Assembly (NCBI GenBank): GCA_022450595.1
Contig: JAKUPT010000006.1
Coordinates: forward strand, 5,319-69,318
Length of the DNA: 64,000 bases
Direction of reading: 5' to 3'
Source of the DNA: Bdellovibrionales bacterium
Lineage (GTDB): Bacteria; Bdellovibrionota; Bdellovibrionia; Bdellovibrionales; UBA1609
Part shown: positions 49,544 to 59,133 of the stretch, piece after piece
How positions within the stretch are numbered: the first letter of the stretch is position 1
Layout: each line of letters begins with the position of its first letter
Notes under the pieces: model-generated
Databases searched by the model: none
Told to the model about the DNA's origin: nothing
What the model saw: only the letters and a program-made list of their open reading frames with translations
Position numbers and translations under genes: made by a program

Positions 49544-50976
49544 CGTTGAGTTCTAAACTTATAAGCTGAGCTTGTGGTCACTTGGCCCTCTTCGCCCATA
49601 GAGATGAGTCGAAGTTCATACAAGGTGTTAGGACTTAAGTCATTAACTGCGGCCCCATGTTCCACTTTTAAGTTTGTATCAAGGGGTGTTAAAAAAGTTT
49701 CTCCAGTTAATACATTTTTATACTCCACCTGAGTGGTTGCAGGAATATTGGTCTTCCAGCGAACAATGGTAGAGGTGGTGGTGGTTTCTAAAAACTGCAC
49801 ATCAGAAATCACAATGGTTTCGTACATGCTTTTACAATATTTAATGTAGACTTCAGAGTTTTCTCTGCCAGCATCGGCCTCAGCTAAATGAACTTCATTA
49901 ATTTCCGGTAAGTAATTAAAATTCACAGCCTGGCGGTCCACTAAGACCTCAAGAGTGCTTTGATCAAAATCAGAGGTGTTAAGTTTAAACTCTGTTTTTA
50001 AATTTAATTTTTTAACAACCATGGAGCCGATTTGGCGCATTCCAAGATCGTAATCGCCAGAGGCAAGATCTACTACAACACCACTTGCCACATTGGCCGC
50101 TTCTATAAGGCCATAGCCAATTTCATTTTCACCGCGATTGGGGATATAGCCTTCACCAGTGTACACAATGGAAGACACAAGCAAAGGTCTTTCGCCTTGA
50201 AGAGTTCTTAAGTTTTGCACCACACTTTCTGGGGTGATATTGGCACAATCTCTTTCAAAGGCGGGATATTCTTTTTTCTCTGGGTCATATACAGGAGTTA
50301 CTCCATGAGGATAGCTACCAAGGGCACAAATGTCGTTTTCATCAGAGACCATAACCACAGCAAGGGCTGAGTCTTCTCTAAAAAAGCCTTGGGATTTTAT
50401 GGTAGAAACATTTTCAGTGATGGCTTTGTTTAGGGAATAAAGCATCTGTTCGCCGCCATCTCCAGCATAGTCTGTGGAATCTGTATTATACATAGTGGTT
50501 CTTAAGTGAGAGCGAATTTCGGACTTAGTAAGCTCAGATGACTTTAAAACCTTAGGGCTGTTGTGTGAAAACAGCGCGCCACTTTGATCACTGACACTAC
50601 TATGTGCTTGCATCACACCAATTTGGTAATCCACATCGGATGGAAGTTCATTAATAAAGCTTTCAATTCCATCGGCAATCTCTGTGCGCTCGTCACGAAT
50701 GGAGCCCGAGGTGTCGACCACAAATAAAAGATCTAACTTCTTTAAATACTGAGCTTGAGGTTGAATGTAAGTTTGAGACTCACACATTCCTGTGTCGACA
50801 AGGTTGTCGGTGGGTGGTTGTTGGGACTCTGGAGGTGTGAAGGCATCATTGATGTCGTCTTTGCTATCTTCTGTGAGCTCACAACCGGTGATAAAAACAC
50901 CTAGAATTAAAACAAGTAAAATGGAGTTGATGGTTTTGAATGCAATTATTGAATGTGCTTTTATGCTAGACTTCAT
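49540..50976 (-). CDS. VWA-domain lipoprotein with C-terminal FN3-like domain
   Basis: Lipobox ITGC and MIDAS LLFVVDTSGSI, then VVMVSDEND. The C-terminus (VRWKTN..TQVEY....LSPNTLYELR) is FN3/PKD-like. Confidence 0.7.
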   Translation of the reverse strand: MKSSIKAHSIIAFKTINSILLVLILGVFITGCELTEDSKDDINDAFTPPESQQPPTDNLVDTGMCESQTYIQPQAQYLKKLDLLFVVDTSGSIRDERTEIADGIESFINELPSDVDYQIGVMQAHSSVSDQSGALFSHNSPKVLKSSELTKSEIRSHLRTTMYNTDSTDYAGDGGEQMLYSLNKAITENVSTIKSQGFFREDSALAVVMVSDENDICALGSYPHGVTPVYDPEKKEYPAFERDCANITPESVVQNLRTLQGERPLLVSSIVYTGEGYIPNRGENEIGYGLIEAANVASGVVVDLASGDYDLGMRQIGSMVVKKLNLKTEFKLNTSDFDQSTLEVLVDRQAVNFNYLPEINEVHLAEADAGRENSEVYIKYCKSMYETIVISDVQFLETTTTSTIVRWKTNIPATTQVEYKNVLTGETFLTPLDTNLKVEHGAAVNDLSPNTLYELRLISMGEEGQVTTSSAYKFRTQR

Positions 50977-51138
50977 ATGCGGTAGCCTTTCAAAATGTGA
51001 ATCATTTTTTAACTACTTACGTCCAGCATTTAATCTATCGTCAGGCTTCGACTTAGACTTTAGTCAATTTATAAGGCTACTTTGTTTCATTGTGAGATAA
51101 GAGTAGCAAACCCAGAGCCAGTCTGAATTTGCTATTGT

Positions 51139-52539
51139 TTAGAAGTATAAATGGGCTTGTAAAAAGGTGGTATTGTAGTCAAGTTTTGAGCCCTGTCTTT
51201 CAGTGTTGTAAATGGCGTGTTTGACATCTAATTCAACTCCAGGCACCAGAAAGATTTTGTAACCAACAGCATATGAGGTGGCAGACCCCTTGGTTGTATC
51301 AACAGCGGTGTTAGAGTTTGCAATTTCGCCGGTCAGATAACTTTCTCTCCAGACTTTATATTTACCCTCAAAAGTCATAACGGTTCCACTGTTGGTGTTG
51401 GCATTGTCATCTTGAATGCTAAAATTTAAAAGCTCGCCATTTAATATAAGTGTGGAATTAAATAAGGCTGTACCTAAAGCAATAGCGGTCATCTCTTTTT
51501 TTACCTTTAAGCCAGGAACAGAGGTAGAGTCTTTCTCCGTGTTCCAATGAGAGATGGTGGCTGAAGCCCCAAGGGTGACAAACCTTCCTCCTCCGGTAAA
51601 CACAAAGCCCTCGTCTTGTGAATAATTAGTGTTTTGCATGGGCATTAAGTAATTAAAGGTAAAAAATGGAACGTTAGGGGCCGCACCAAACCCAATGCCT
51701 TTATACACAGCTCGTTGATCAAGTCCACTGATCTGTTGTGATAAAGAGGTGTGATCGGGGGTGTAGTTTCCGAACATGGGGCGGTAGAGTCCTGCCATGG
51801 CATAGGTGTTGTAAGCCAAGTCATCCACCAAAACGTAGGCGGATCTCACGCGAGACTCAGTGGTGAACACAGACTCTAGCTCTGTGTTGTTTGGGTTGTT
51901 TAAATATCTATGTTCAAACACAAACGAAAGCTTTTCTTTGATTGGGCGAAGTCTGATGCCTAAGTCCACGTTCATTAAAAAGTTTAAATCTTTATCGGAA
52001 TCACCTGAAACTTTTCCGTACAAATATCTTAAGTCACCTGAGGCTTGAATCGACTCACGGCGCTCTTGCCTGTAAGGGTCTTCATAGGGAATTGTGGATA
52101 AGTACTGGGATAATGTTGGAACCTCTTTCAGCCAGTTTTTATCATGGTGTTTGTCATAAAACTTTTCAGGAGGGTTGAGCTTTTTAATAACATTTAAATT
52201 ATAAACTCGCTTAGTTTTTCGCCCAGCTACTTTTTTATACTTTTGATACTTATAAGGCGCCGGAGCGTGGTCATTTCTTAGGGTGTCAGAGTGCATAGAC
52301 TTCAGCCAGCGCTTGTCGTTCCACACACCGTACTTGTTTCGCATGCCACCACCGTTAGGGTTCACATGGCAGCCCTGACAAGAAAGAGTACAACGACGGC
52401 CTATGGGCGGACGGTTAAAGCGCCCAGGTGCATGGCAACCGGCACAGTTTTGAGCAAAACGGTTTGAAACCCATGGTTCAGCTGTTGCTGTTTGAGGTGT
52501 AAAGAACTGTAAACTTAAAAAGAGCATTGTTGTGATCAT
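51139..52539 (-). CDS. Di-heme c-type cytochrome module fused to a predicted outer-membrane beta-barrel
   Basis: Signal peptide ..PQTATA. Two CXXCH motifs (CAGCH aa 32-36, CQGCH aa 54-58; nt 52366-52446). About 380 aa of alternating beta-strand-like sequence follow, ending FLQAHLYF. Confidence 0.6.
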   Translation of the reverse strand: MITTMLFLSLQFFTPQTATAEPWVSNRFAQNCAGCHAPGRFNRPPIGRRCTLSCQGCHVNPNGGGMRNKYGVWNDKRWLKSMHSDTLRNDHAPAPYKYQKYKKVAGRKTKRVYNLNVIKKLNPPEKFYDKHHDKNWLKEVPTLSQYLSTIPYEDPYRQERRESIQASGDLRYLYGKVSGDSDKDLNFLMNVDLGIRLRPIKEKLSFVFEHRYLNNPNNTELESVFTTESRVRSAYVLVDDLAYNTYAMAGLYRPMFGNYTPDHTSLSQQISGLDQRAVYKGIGFGAAPNVPFFTFNYLMPMQNTNYSQDEGFVFTGGGRFVTLGASATISHWNTEKDSTSVPGLKVKKEMTAIALGTALFNSTLILNGELLNFSIQDDNANTNSGTVMTFEGKYKVWRESYLTGEIANSNTAVDTTKGSATSYAVGYKIFLVPGVELDVKHAIYNTERQGSKLDYNTTFLQAHLYF

Positions 52540-52742
52540 TGATTGTCGTCCTGCTGTGGAAGTTTAATAATTTTTGCGCGTCTAAGGGTGGGTTGAACCT
52601 GAGGCTCTTGTTGTTTTTGAACCCCAAAAAAGGCATTTAAAAAATGATTCAATGAGCCCTGCTCAATTTTACTCATAGCAAATAAAACTAAGAATAAGGC
52701 AAGTACGAGAGCATTGAGTCTTACAATCATTTTTGTCGTCAT
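52536..52742 (-). CDS. Small single-pass membrane protein, translationally coupled to the cytochrome-barrel gene
   Basis: 68 aa with TM LNALVLALFLVLFAM. Its stop overlaps the next start (ATGA). Confidence 0.5.
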   Translation of the reverse strand: MTTKMIVRLNALVLALFLVLFAMSKIEQGSLNHFLNAFFGVQKQQEPQVQPTLRRAKIIKLPQQDDNQ

Positions 52743-52801
52743 AGATTCCCCTTGGAAAATCCACTATAAAAACTCTTTACTTGAGATTCAAGCACGTATT
52801 C

Positions 52802-53704
52802 TTATTTTTGATAATGTGTAAAACGAGGAATGAGCGCTACACTGGTGACAACTAAAATACAGCCCATAATGGCCATAAGAGTTAGGGACTCTTTAAAAAA
52901 GGCATAGCCAAAAAATGCCGCGAAAACCGACTCCATCAAAAAACATAAGCTCACAATATGAGGCGGCATGCCCTTTTGTGCGTAAATCTGTAGTGTAAAG
53001 GCCACTAAAGACGACAAAATAGACAAAACCACAAAGCCTAATATAACCAATTGATTTTCATGAGACGAAAAGTCCACTAATGGACTAAGACTTACGGGGC
53101 CCTCAAGTAAATAGGCATAACCCAGTCCCCAAACCCCAACTAATGCACATTGCATAAAATTAAACAATAATGGGTCCACCTCATCGGCCCACTTATCCAC
53201 AACTAGAATTTGAACTGCAAAGGCAAATGCCGACATTAAAATGTAGCCATCGCCTTCGTTAAAATTACTGATGTCCATATCACAGATAAGAAATATGCCC
53301 ACAAGAGAGCTGGCCAATAAAAACCAATAGCCCGGTTTAAACTTTTGTTTAAAAAGCATCAGTGTAAGAAGTGGCGTGAACAAAGCATAAAAAACGGTTA
53401 AAAATCCACTTTTCGCTAAGGTGGTGTTGGCAATGCCCACGGTTTGAAGCTGCATGGCTATAAATAATACGACGGAAGACCAAAAGGCTCCCACAATAGG
53501 AATTCTGTCTCTATTCATAAACAAATAGGGCAGTACAAAAACCCCGGCGAAAAAAAAGCGAAGAGCGTTGGACCAAGTGGGTGAGTATTCAAACAGCGTC
53601 CAACGAGTGCCCACATAACCTAAGCCCCAAATAAAAGTCGCTAAAAGCAATAATATAAACTGTTTCATTGAGCCTAAAAAAAGCCATTGAGCCATCAATT
53701 TCAA
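52802..53704 (-). CDS. EamA/DMT-family transporter
   Basis: About 10 TM helices in two EamA-like halves. The start is uncertain (TTG 53704, ATG 53695 or ATG 53668). Confidence 0.65.
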   Translation of the reverse strand: MKLMAQWLFLGSMKQFILLLLATFIWGLGYVGTRWTLFEYSPTWSNALRFFFAGVFVLPYLFMNRDRIPIVGAFWSSVVLFIAMQLQTVGIANTTLAKSGFLTVFYALFTPLLTLMLFKQKFKPGYWFLLASSLVGIFLICDMDISNFNEGDGYILMSAFAFAVQILVVDKWADEVDPLLFNFMQCALVGVWGLGYAYLLEGPVSLSPLVDFSSHENQLVILGFVVLSILSSLVAFTLQIYAQKGMPPHIVSLCFLMESVFAAFFGYAFFKESLTLMAIMGCILVVTSVALIPRFTHYQK

Positions 53705-53806
53705 GGGGAATAGTAGAATATGTGTAAGTGTTAAACGCTCAAGGTAAAAACTTCATATGAATGGGGGATTTTATAAAATTTTATCAAAATAGCGTATAAT
53801 GACCCC

Positions 53807-54736
53807 ATGAAACTCATAATGATGGCAGCCTTGTTATTAACGCACATTCCGCTCAGTGCCTTCCAATGCCGTGAGCTGTTTAAAGATAGCAAGCTGACTG
53901 AGTCGCAGTTTTTTTGGCTGAAAATGGCGCAACAATCAGACTATGAAGTCAGAACTCTTAAATCCAATAACGGTCAAACCGTTGTGATTTTAGGGGAGAG
54001 TCATCTTAAAAACTTAGGTTCAAGCATTATTGGAAAAAGACTACTGTTAGAGTTTTCTTACCGGGCTCACGAGTACGCCAGCACCGAGAAGACTTGGGGC
54101 GGGGACCTTTTTGCAAGATATTTAGAGGCGGCCTTTAGAGAAATAAGAACAACCACAGACAGAACTCAGGGCTCCACCATCAGTGATGCTTTTGTGCCAA
54201 AAGATCAAATGATGAGCTCATTAAATGAAATGATAAAAATGGTGGAAAAACTGCCAGACATCAAGCCTGAAAACTCTGAAAACACCAAAGCAAAACTGCA
54301 AGAGTTTGAATACAAAAACTATTTTTTAGAAAACAATCACAAGCCTGATCTAAAAGAAAACCTATACTCAGTCATAGTGCCGGTGGAAATGCTGTCAAAA
54401 GTGTTGCTAGCGCCTACGGCACTGGCAGCTTGGGCTTATCCCCAAAGTTTTGTGGCTGAAATTGTGTTGCCCTCTGTAATTGCCATTATTGGGGTAAGGG
54501 CCTTGCAAAAGTATACAGGCAAAAAATTAGAGCCTAAGTACGGAGAGAAAAAATGGTTTAACACCATCTTTTTTGACAAAATGGCCTTGCTTGATGCCCG
54601 CAATCAAACCAAAGCTAAAAACATCATATCTCTTTTAAACAATCATCCTGAAATACATAGCCTACTAGTGATTGTAGGCCAGCTTCATGTAGAGGGGATT
54701 GAAAAAACTTTGCTTCGAGAAGGCTTTTCAGAATAA
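53807..54736 (+). CDS. TraB/GumN/Tiki-like protein with signal peptide and internal TM segments (Cys-x3-Phe motif)
   Basis: VVILGESHLKN, ARNQTKAKNI and LLVIVGQLHVEGI resemble the TraB-family G..H / R(D/N)..MA / G..H pattern. The N-terminus is ..IPLSAFQ-CRELF. Confidence 0.4.
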   Translation: MKLIMMAALLLTHIPLSAFQCRELFKDSKLTESQFFWLKMAQQSDYEVRTLKSNNGQTVVILGESHLKNLGSSIIGKRLLLEFSYRAHEYASTEKTWGGDLFARYLEAAFREIRTTTDRTQGSTISDAFVPKDQMMSSLNEMIKMVEKLPDIKPENSENTKAKLQEFEYKNYFLENNHKPDLKENLYSVIVPVEMLSKVLLAPTALAAWAYPQSFVAEIVLPSVIAIIGVRALQKYTGKKLEPKYGEKKWFNTIFFDKMALLDARNQTKAKNIISLLNNHPEIHSLLVIVGQLHVEGIEKTLLREGFSE

Positions 54737-56179
54737 ATAATCTAACTGAATTGAATTGGTTTCTGATTTTATTGGTTTTAAGTGCTCATATTTATAAGAC
54801 AAGGTCCAAGAAGAATACTTGTATATTAAAAGCTTTGCCTGTGTTTGGGTGTTTTTAAATTTATTTTTATTTAAATAATGTTTGTGAGATATGTAGAGTT
54901 TGCTTTTATTTTCAATGCGAACATTTAAAACAAGCTCCAGTGGAGTTCTTAAATAGAAATTAGAGTTTTGTGGGCTGTCGTAGTGTGCGGTTTCAAAATT
55001 AAAAAGTGCACTGGCAAAAACATAAGGGCTAAGAGCCATTGTTTTACCAAACCCATAATTTAGAACCGTTTCTTTCAAGTAATTATCATTTTTTGAATCA
55101 TATTTTTGGTAGTAAATATTTATTGAACGAGTGAATCCAGAAAATAGTGGATTTTTGGCTTGAAATGTCCGTACTTTAAACAAGTCAAAGTATGAAAGTT
55201 CCACCGAATTGTTTTTAAAACGAGCCTCTACATCAAACAACTTAAGAGTGTCGGTCCAAAATCTGGCATCAAAATTATTTGTGAAAAACAGATGGGCCGG
55301 TGTCACCCCCAAAGAAAGATTGTCATCCTTATGTAGTGTCGTTTTTAAGTAAATCCGTGAAAGTGTTTTAAGTTTTATGTTTTGTTTTAATGGAGTGTGC
55401 GAAAAATTTTGAATTTTAGATAATAAATTGATTTTTTTTTGTAAAAGCTTATCTCTTTTAAATTCGTGTCGTTGTCTTAATATTTCATAATTTATAAGTT
55501 TGTTTTGAGAGCTTTGACTGAGCTTATCTAATTTGAACTCAACAGTGTCTAAAAATTCGTTGGCGGTGGAGGGGTAAAAGTAGTTGTCTTCTATTAACCC
55601 GCATTTTTTTAAGCTTTGGTAATTCACATAAGGATTGTTAAATTTAGGCAACTCGCAGTTGTGATTTTCTAATGCTTTAAGGATCAGCTCATTAATGTAC
55701 TTTGAACAGTTTTCTAGTAAAAAATTATATTCATATTGGTTTTTAGAATACTGAATAGAGAATTCTTTGAGTCGCTCAAATTCAGCTGAGTTTAAATTCA
55801 TTGGTGCAATAAATAAGTTTCTGTTTTCAAGCTCATACTCTCTTTTTTTATGAAAGAAGGTTGAAAATTTATATTTGCCAGGGATGGTGGAAAGCAGTGA
55901 TTTTAAAAGTAAATTGTCTTCTCGCATGTCACCAACAAACTCTAGTACCACAGCCGAGGCTTCTGGCTCCGGGGATTGGTTGTGAAAAACAATAAAAATA
56001 TGACCAAAAGAGGAAACGGGGCTTTTGAAGTCCTCAGCGGCAAAGGCAAGAGAGGCATAGTTTGAGTTGTTCACAAAGGACTCTACTTGGCTTTGTGAGG
56101 AGTAAAAGTTTTGTGCAAAAGTTGAAGCGGAGAAAAATATAAATAAAAGATTAAAATAAAAGGGACGCACGACAAGCAA
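54728..56179 (-). CDS. DUF4105-like N-terminal domain fused to a beta-barrel-like C-terminus
   Basis: TTG start and signal peptide ..FFSASTFA. SSFGHIFIVF resembles the DUF4105 core. The C-terminal half alternates beta strands and ends IQLDYLF. It contains an A9 tract (fwd T9 at 55432-55440). Confidence 0.45.
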   Translation of the reverse strand: MLVVRPFYFNLLFIFFSASTFAQNFYSSQSQVESFVNNSNYASLAFAAEDFKSPVSSFGHIFIVFHNQSPEPEASAVVLEFVGDMREDNLLLKSLLSTIPGKYKFSTFFHKKREYELENRNLFIAPMNLNSAEFERLKEFSIQYSKNQYEYNFLLENCSKYINELILKALENHNCELPKFNNPYVNYQSLKKCGLIEDNYFYPSTANEFLDTVEFKLDKLSQSSQNKLINYEILRQRHEFKRDKLLQKKINLLSKIQNFSHTPLKQNIKLKTLSRIYLKTTLHKDDNLSLGVTPAHLFFTNNFDARFWTDTLKLFDVEARFKNNSVELSYFDLFKVRTFQAKNPLFSGFTRSINIYYQKYDSKNDNYLKETVLNYGFGKTMALSPYVFASALFNFETAHYDSPQNSNFYLRTPLELVLNVRIENKSKLYISHKHYLNKNKFKNTQTQAKLLIYKYSSWTLSYKYEHLKPIKSETNSIQLDYLF

Positions 56180-56371
56180 ACTCTTTTTCAGTCAATATGG
56201 TTTTTGAAAGGGCCTTGATTTGAGATTTTATTTTTTCAATATTATAAGACTTTGAGCCTGAAAGTTTTAAAGCCCCTCGAATGAGCCAATCTCTATCAGA
56301 GTGGGCTTCATCAAGGAGCTTTGTGTAGTTTTTTAAAATAAAGGTATAAACTCTAGGTTTACAGTCTTTAG

Positions 56372-56755
56372 TTATTTTTTTTTAACTGGCTCAAGATCTA
56401 AGTTAACAGTAGATGGAGCGTACTTCCACATGCTTTCAGAAGCATAGTCAGTTGTAGAGCCAAATACACCACCCGTGATAATGTTCACCCAAAACACAGG
56501 CTCAATAGAAGTGTCTAACATGATCTTTTTTGTTTTATAACCATCTTTTTTAACTTCTAAAGATGAAAGCGTTTTTGTTCTTTTAACTTGCCCAATAAAT
56601 GGTGTTTCACCCACTTTAGTGCCGTTAATATAAACTTCAGCATCATCAACATTTGAATTTACTGAAATTGGCTGCATGTCACCTTTTAAAATAGTGGCGC
56701 AACCAACTTGAAATAACATCAATCCAGCTACCGCGGCAGCAAGTAGTAATTTCAT
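56372..56755 (-). CDS. PEGA-domain lipoprotein
   Basis: Lipobox QVGC and PEGA motif DDAEVYINGTKVGETPF. The ORF ends ...PVKKK-stop on an A9 tract (fwd T9 at 56375-56383). Confidence 0.7.
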   Translation of the reverse strand: MKLLLAAAVAGLMLFQVGCATILKGDMQPISVNSNVDDAEVYINGTKVGETPFIGQVKRTKTLSSLEVKKDGYKTKKIMLDTSIEPVFWVNIITGGVFGSTTDYASESMWKYAPSTVNLDLEPVKKK

Positions 56756-56929
56756 ATTTTTCTCCTATTTTTAATGTTTCAACCATTTTTATTTTAAGAT
56801 GAGTGTTTGTCAATTTTAAACAAGAATTAAATTTAATACTAACAAAAGACCTGCGTATATATTGAGCATGGTGAGTTGTATGAATAAAAAGATAGATTTA
56901 TACTGTTTGCTTCTGAAAGTGAGGTCAAA

Positions 56930-59005
56930 ATGTCGAAAGCTCCAGAGGTTAAACAAATTGAAAAAAGAATCAATCAACATGGTCATGAGCTCGTAGATCA
57001 TTATGCTTGGATGCGTGATAAGAATTGGAAAAAATTTATTTCAGGCGATTTAGATTTTGACAACCCTGAGGTGAAAACAGCACTTGATGCGGAAAATGCG
57101 TATACCGATGCGCTGATGAAAGACACCAAGGATACACAAAAAATAATTTTTGATGAGCTTTTATCTAGAATTAAAGAAGATGACTCCACTTATCCTGAAA
57201 AACGCGGTGGGGATTATTACTATTATGTCAGAGAAGAGCAGGGAAAAAACTATGCGATATTATGTCGGAAAAAGGGAAACCTTGATGCGAAAGAAGAAAT
57301 ATTTTTTGATATTAATAAAGAAGCCGAAGGCAAAAAACTCTATATTTTTGGCCCCGCTCAAGTCAGTCGCGACAGTCATTACCTTGCCTACTGTTATAAT
57401 CTCACAGGCTCTATGGAGCGCACCTTAAAAGTCAGGGACCTAACAACAGGAAAGGACTTTGATTGGGAAATAGGAAATTTAAACGGCTCATTTACTTGGA
57501 TAGACAACGAAAATCTTTATTTCATTGAAAGAGATGAAACGGCTCGTGGGAAAAACATCTATAAAATTAATGTGAAAAAAGGGCCAAGCTCTAAAGAGCT
57601 CGTGTTTGAAAAGCCCGATGAGTACAACTCTATGTTTATGGGGTTGGGCACAACGAATGACCGAGAGTACTTTGTGGTGTCTATGTCCAGTGGTTCCACT
57701 GAAGCCCTGTTTGTTTCTAAAAAAGGCACAGATAAATTTGATTTTTTCGCCTTAGGTGAAAACGACGTGAACTTTGAAGTGGATCACTATAAAGAGCACT
57801 TTTATGTACTTACCAACAAAGACGGCGCTGATGACTATAAAGTGATGCAAGTGCCCGTCAATGACTGGTCGCAGGGGTCATGGAAAGAATATATCGCTGA
57901 GACAAAAGATGAATGTCTTACCAGTATTGAGATCTATAATGACTACTTAGTGCTTGAGAAAAAAAACAATCATTTAGCTCTGACTCAGATAGATGTGTGT
58001 CACTTGCCTAGCAAAAAAACACAAACCCTTAAAATGCCAAGTGAGGCCTATGATCTGTCTTTTATGGGAGCTTGGGATAACACTTCCACAAAAGTGCGTG
58101 TGCACTACAATTCACCCATAGAGCCCTCACAGGTTTTAGAGTTGGATTTGCAATCAATGGGATTAAAACTATTAAAGCAAAAAGAAGTTCCCAACTTTGA
58201 CAGCTCTCAATACGAAGTTAAAAGAGAGTTTGCAAAAGCCCGAGACGGTGCTGAAGTTCCCTGTACGATCGTGTACAAAAAGGGCACAAAACTCAATGGT
58301 GAGAATAAAGCTTTTGTTTATGCCTATGGTTCCTACGGCATTGGTATGCCCGCTTTTTTTAGAAGCAGTGTTTTTAGCTTAATCGACCGGGGCTTTGTAT
58401 TTTGCGTGGCCCACATCCGAGGAGGAGACGACAAGGGCTACAACTGGTACTTACAAGGTAAAATGCGCAACAAAATGAACACCTTCAATGACTTTATAGA
58501 CTGTTGTGAACATTTGGTTGAAAGAAAGTACACGAGCAAAAAGAAAATTGCCATCAACGGCGGTAGTGCTGGTGGTATGCTCATGGGTGCTGTGACTAAT
58601 TTAAGGCCTGACTTGTTTGGAAGTGTGGTAGCCGATGTGGCTTTTGTGGATGTGATCAATACCATTTCTGACGATAGCTTGCCTTTAACCCCTCCTGAGT
58701 GGGAAGAGTGGGGCAACCCAATAACAAACAAAGAAGACTTTGAATACATCAAACAGTACTCTCCTTATGACAACGTTGAGGCCAAAGAGTACCCGCCGAT
58801 GCTTTACAACTCTGGCATATCAGACGAACAGGTGACTTATTGGGAGCCTGCCAAGATGGTGGCTAAACTTAGAGCGCTTAAAACAGACGACAATCCTGTT
58901 TTACTTCATATGAAAATGCACGCCGGTCATGCCGGTGCCAGCAAAAAGTATGAAGGCTTAGAGGAGATAGCCTTTAAGTATGCTTTTATCTTGAAATATA
59001 CTTAA
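56930..59005 (+). CDS. S9A serine peptidase (oligopeptidase B / prolyl oligopeptidase family)
   Basis: 691 aa with N-terminal beta-propeller region (DHYAWMRD), nucleophile GGSAGGMLMG, and later Asp and His (HAGHAG) regions. Confidence 0.85.
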   Translation: MSKAPEVKQIEKRINQHGHELVDHYAWMRDKNWKKFISGDLDFDNPEVKTALDAENAYTDALMKDTKDTQKIIFDELLSRIKEDDSTYPEKRGGDYYYYVREEQGKNYAILCRKKGNLDAKEEIFFDINKEAEGKKLYIFGPAQVSRDSHYLAYCYNLTGSMERTLKVRDLTTGKDFDWEIGNLNGSFTWIDNENLYFIERDETARGKNIYKINVKKGPSSKELVFEKPDEYNSMFMGLGTTNDREYFVVSMSSGSTEALFVSKKGTDKFDFFALGENDVNFEVDHYKEHFYVLTNKDGADDYKVMQVPVNDWSQGSWKEYIAETKDECLTSIEIYNDYLVLEKKNNHLALTQIDVCHLPSKKTQTLKMPSEAYDLSFMGAWDNTSTKVRVHYNSPIEPSQVLELDLQSMGLKLLKQKEVPNFDSSQYEVKREFAKARDGAEVPCTIVYKKGTKLNGENKAFVYAYGSYGIGMPAFFRSSVFSLIDRGFVFCVAHIRGGDDKGYNWYLQGKMRNKMNTFNDFIDCCEHLVERKYTSKKKIAINGGSAGGMLMGAVTNLRPDLFGSVVADVAFVDVINTISDDSLPLTPPEWEEWGNPITNKEDFEYIKQYSPYDNVEAKEYPPMLYNSGISDEQVTYWEPAKMVAKLRALKTDDNPVLLHMKMHAGHAGASKKYEGLEEIAFKYAFILKYT

Positions 59006-59076
59006 GTGAACTCTCGTTTGAAATAAAAAATATAGTCGCAAACTAAAATATATTTTTAACTGATCTGAAGCCTTAA

Positions 59077-59119
59077 TAAAAAAAGCCCATATCTTTTCTG
59101 ATATGGGCTTAAGTTTTTT
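59077..59119. terminator. Bidirectional rho-independent terminator
   Basis: agcccatatc (59084-59093) pairs with gatatgggct (59100-59109). An A-run lies upstream and T6 downstream, between convergent genes. Confidence 0.8.
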
Positions 59120-59133
59120 AAAATTTAAATTTA

